This document shows, one piece after another, positions 63,219 through 64,000 of a stretch of 64,000 nt of DNA. The stretch's first letter is position 1. Every line of letters begins with the position of its first letter. The position numbers and the translations under genes are program-made. The stretch comes from Scyliorhinus canicula (Eukaryota). Under the pieces are notes generated by a model. It made no database searches and was not told where the DNA came from. It saw only the letters and a program-made list of their open reading frames with translations. The DNA lies in assembly GCF_902713615.1 (NCBI RefSeq), contig NC_052149.1, positions 219,025,623 to 219,089,622 of the forward strand, in the 5' to 3' direction.

Positions 63219-63542
63219 CTCTATGTTTTAAAAAAAACATTGGATCAGGGACACAGATTGTAATATCGAATAAGAAGAGTCTTGTCTTTAAAGTTGTACT
63301 TTATATAAGTTGATTATGTTTTCTGAGTACCTAAGGTGCTCCGTTTCCTTGCAAGATTCTTAAGAGCTTGCCATTTTTGTACAAAATGTGTCTTCTGAAA
63401 GTCCCTCCTTAGAACTCTTTTTTTTTTTTTGGTTTGTAGTTGTTTCATCCCCTGCTTTCAAATGTTCAGCCTTCAGCCCCACCTCCTCATTTTCATTTTT
63501 TTCCCATCCCACAGGGCTTCCACCATATTTCCATCTCCATGT

Positions 63543-63852
63543 GTGGCATGGTAGCACAGTGGTTAACACTAATGCTTGACAGCGCCAGAGACCCGGGTTC
63601 AATTCCCGGCTTGGGTCATTGTCTGTGCAGAGTCTGCACGTTCTCCCTGCGTCTGTGTGGGTTTTCCAAGGGTGCTCCGGTTTCCTCCCACAAGTCCCGA
63701 AAGACGTGCTTGTTAGGTGAATTGGGCATTCTGAATTCTCCCTCGGTGTACCCGAACAGGCGCCGGAGTGTGGTGACTAGGGGACTCTCACAGTAACTTC
63801 ATCGCAGTGTTTATGTAACTCTACTTGTGACACTAATAAATATTATTAATAT
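63543..63852 (+). mobile_element. V-domain SINE, type C
   Basis: Same family as 21962. Confidence 0.8.
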
Positions 63853-63942
63853 TATGTACTCACCATCTGCTGTACTAAGGAATACATTCACACTGGAAAT
63901 TGTTTGGCAGCTTCTTATTAATTTGTTCTTTTACATTTTCAG

Positions 63943-64000
63943 GTACTCGACTGCCATGGGATGACTATTGGCTCATAGAGTCTCTCTCTGATTCCACAAT
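63943..64000 (+). CDS. LARS1: LARS1 exon 19 (truncated by window end)
   Basis: cag|(G)TRLPWDDYWLIESLSDST... Confidence 0.94.

Overview
Intron-rich vertebrate genomic DNA. The repeat content (V-domain/HE1-type SINEs sharing tails with CR1 LINEs) points to an elasmobranch, plausibly a catshark (inference). Four genes were reconstructed by hand with GT-AG, phase-consistent exons: exon 1 of a divergent SPCS3-like gene (minus, runs off the left edge), complete SRA1 (minus, 5 coding exons, 218 aa), complete NUDCD2 (minus, 4 coding exons, 157 aa), and LARS1 exons 1-19 (plus, runs off the right edge). LARS1 lies head-to-head with NUDCD2 across a CpG-rich promoter with ZNF143-type motifs. Also present are a decayed MRPL22 C-terminal fragment, a tRNA-Ile(AAT) pseudogene, a near full-length CR1 LINE, two young Rex1/Babar-like LINE copies, three probable solo LTRs, two hAT MITEs with 8-bp TSDs and many SINEs. 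The most notable observations are the divergent SPCS3 paralog, a 124-bp TSD-flanked insert carrying a Penelope-type hammerhead ribozyme motif, a 3' stem-loop shared between two SINE families and the Rex1-like LINE, and a 15-nt exact let-7 match at the SRA1 stop codon. Most ORFs in the supplied track are spurious or TE-derived. Gene identities rest on recalled human protein sequences, not database searches; repeat boundaries without TSDs are approximate. I see no clear evidence of a wholly new multi-gene system.
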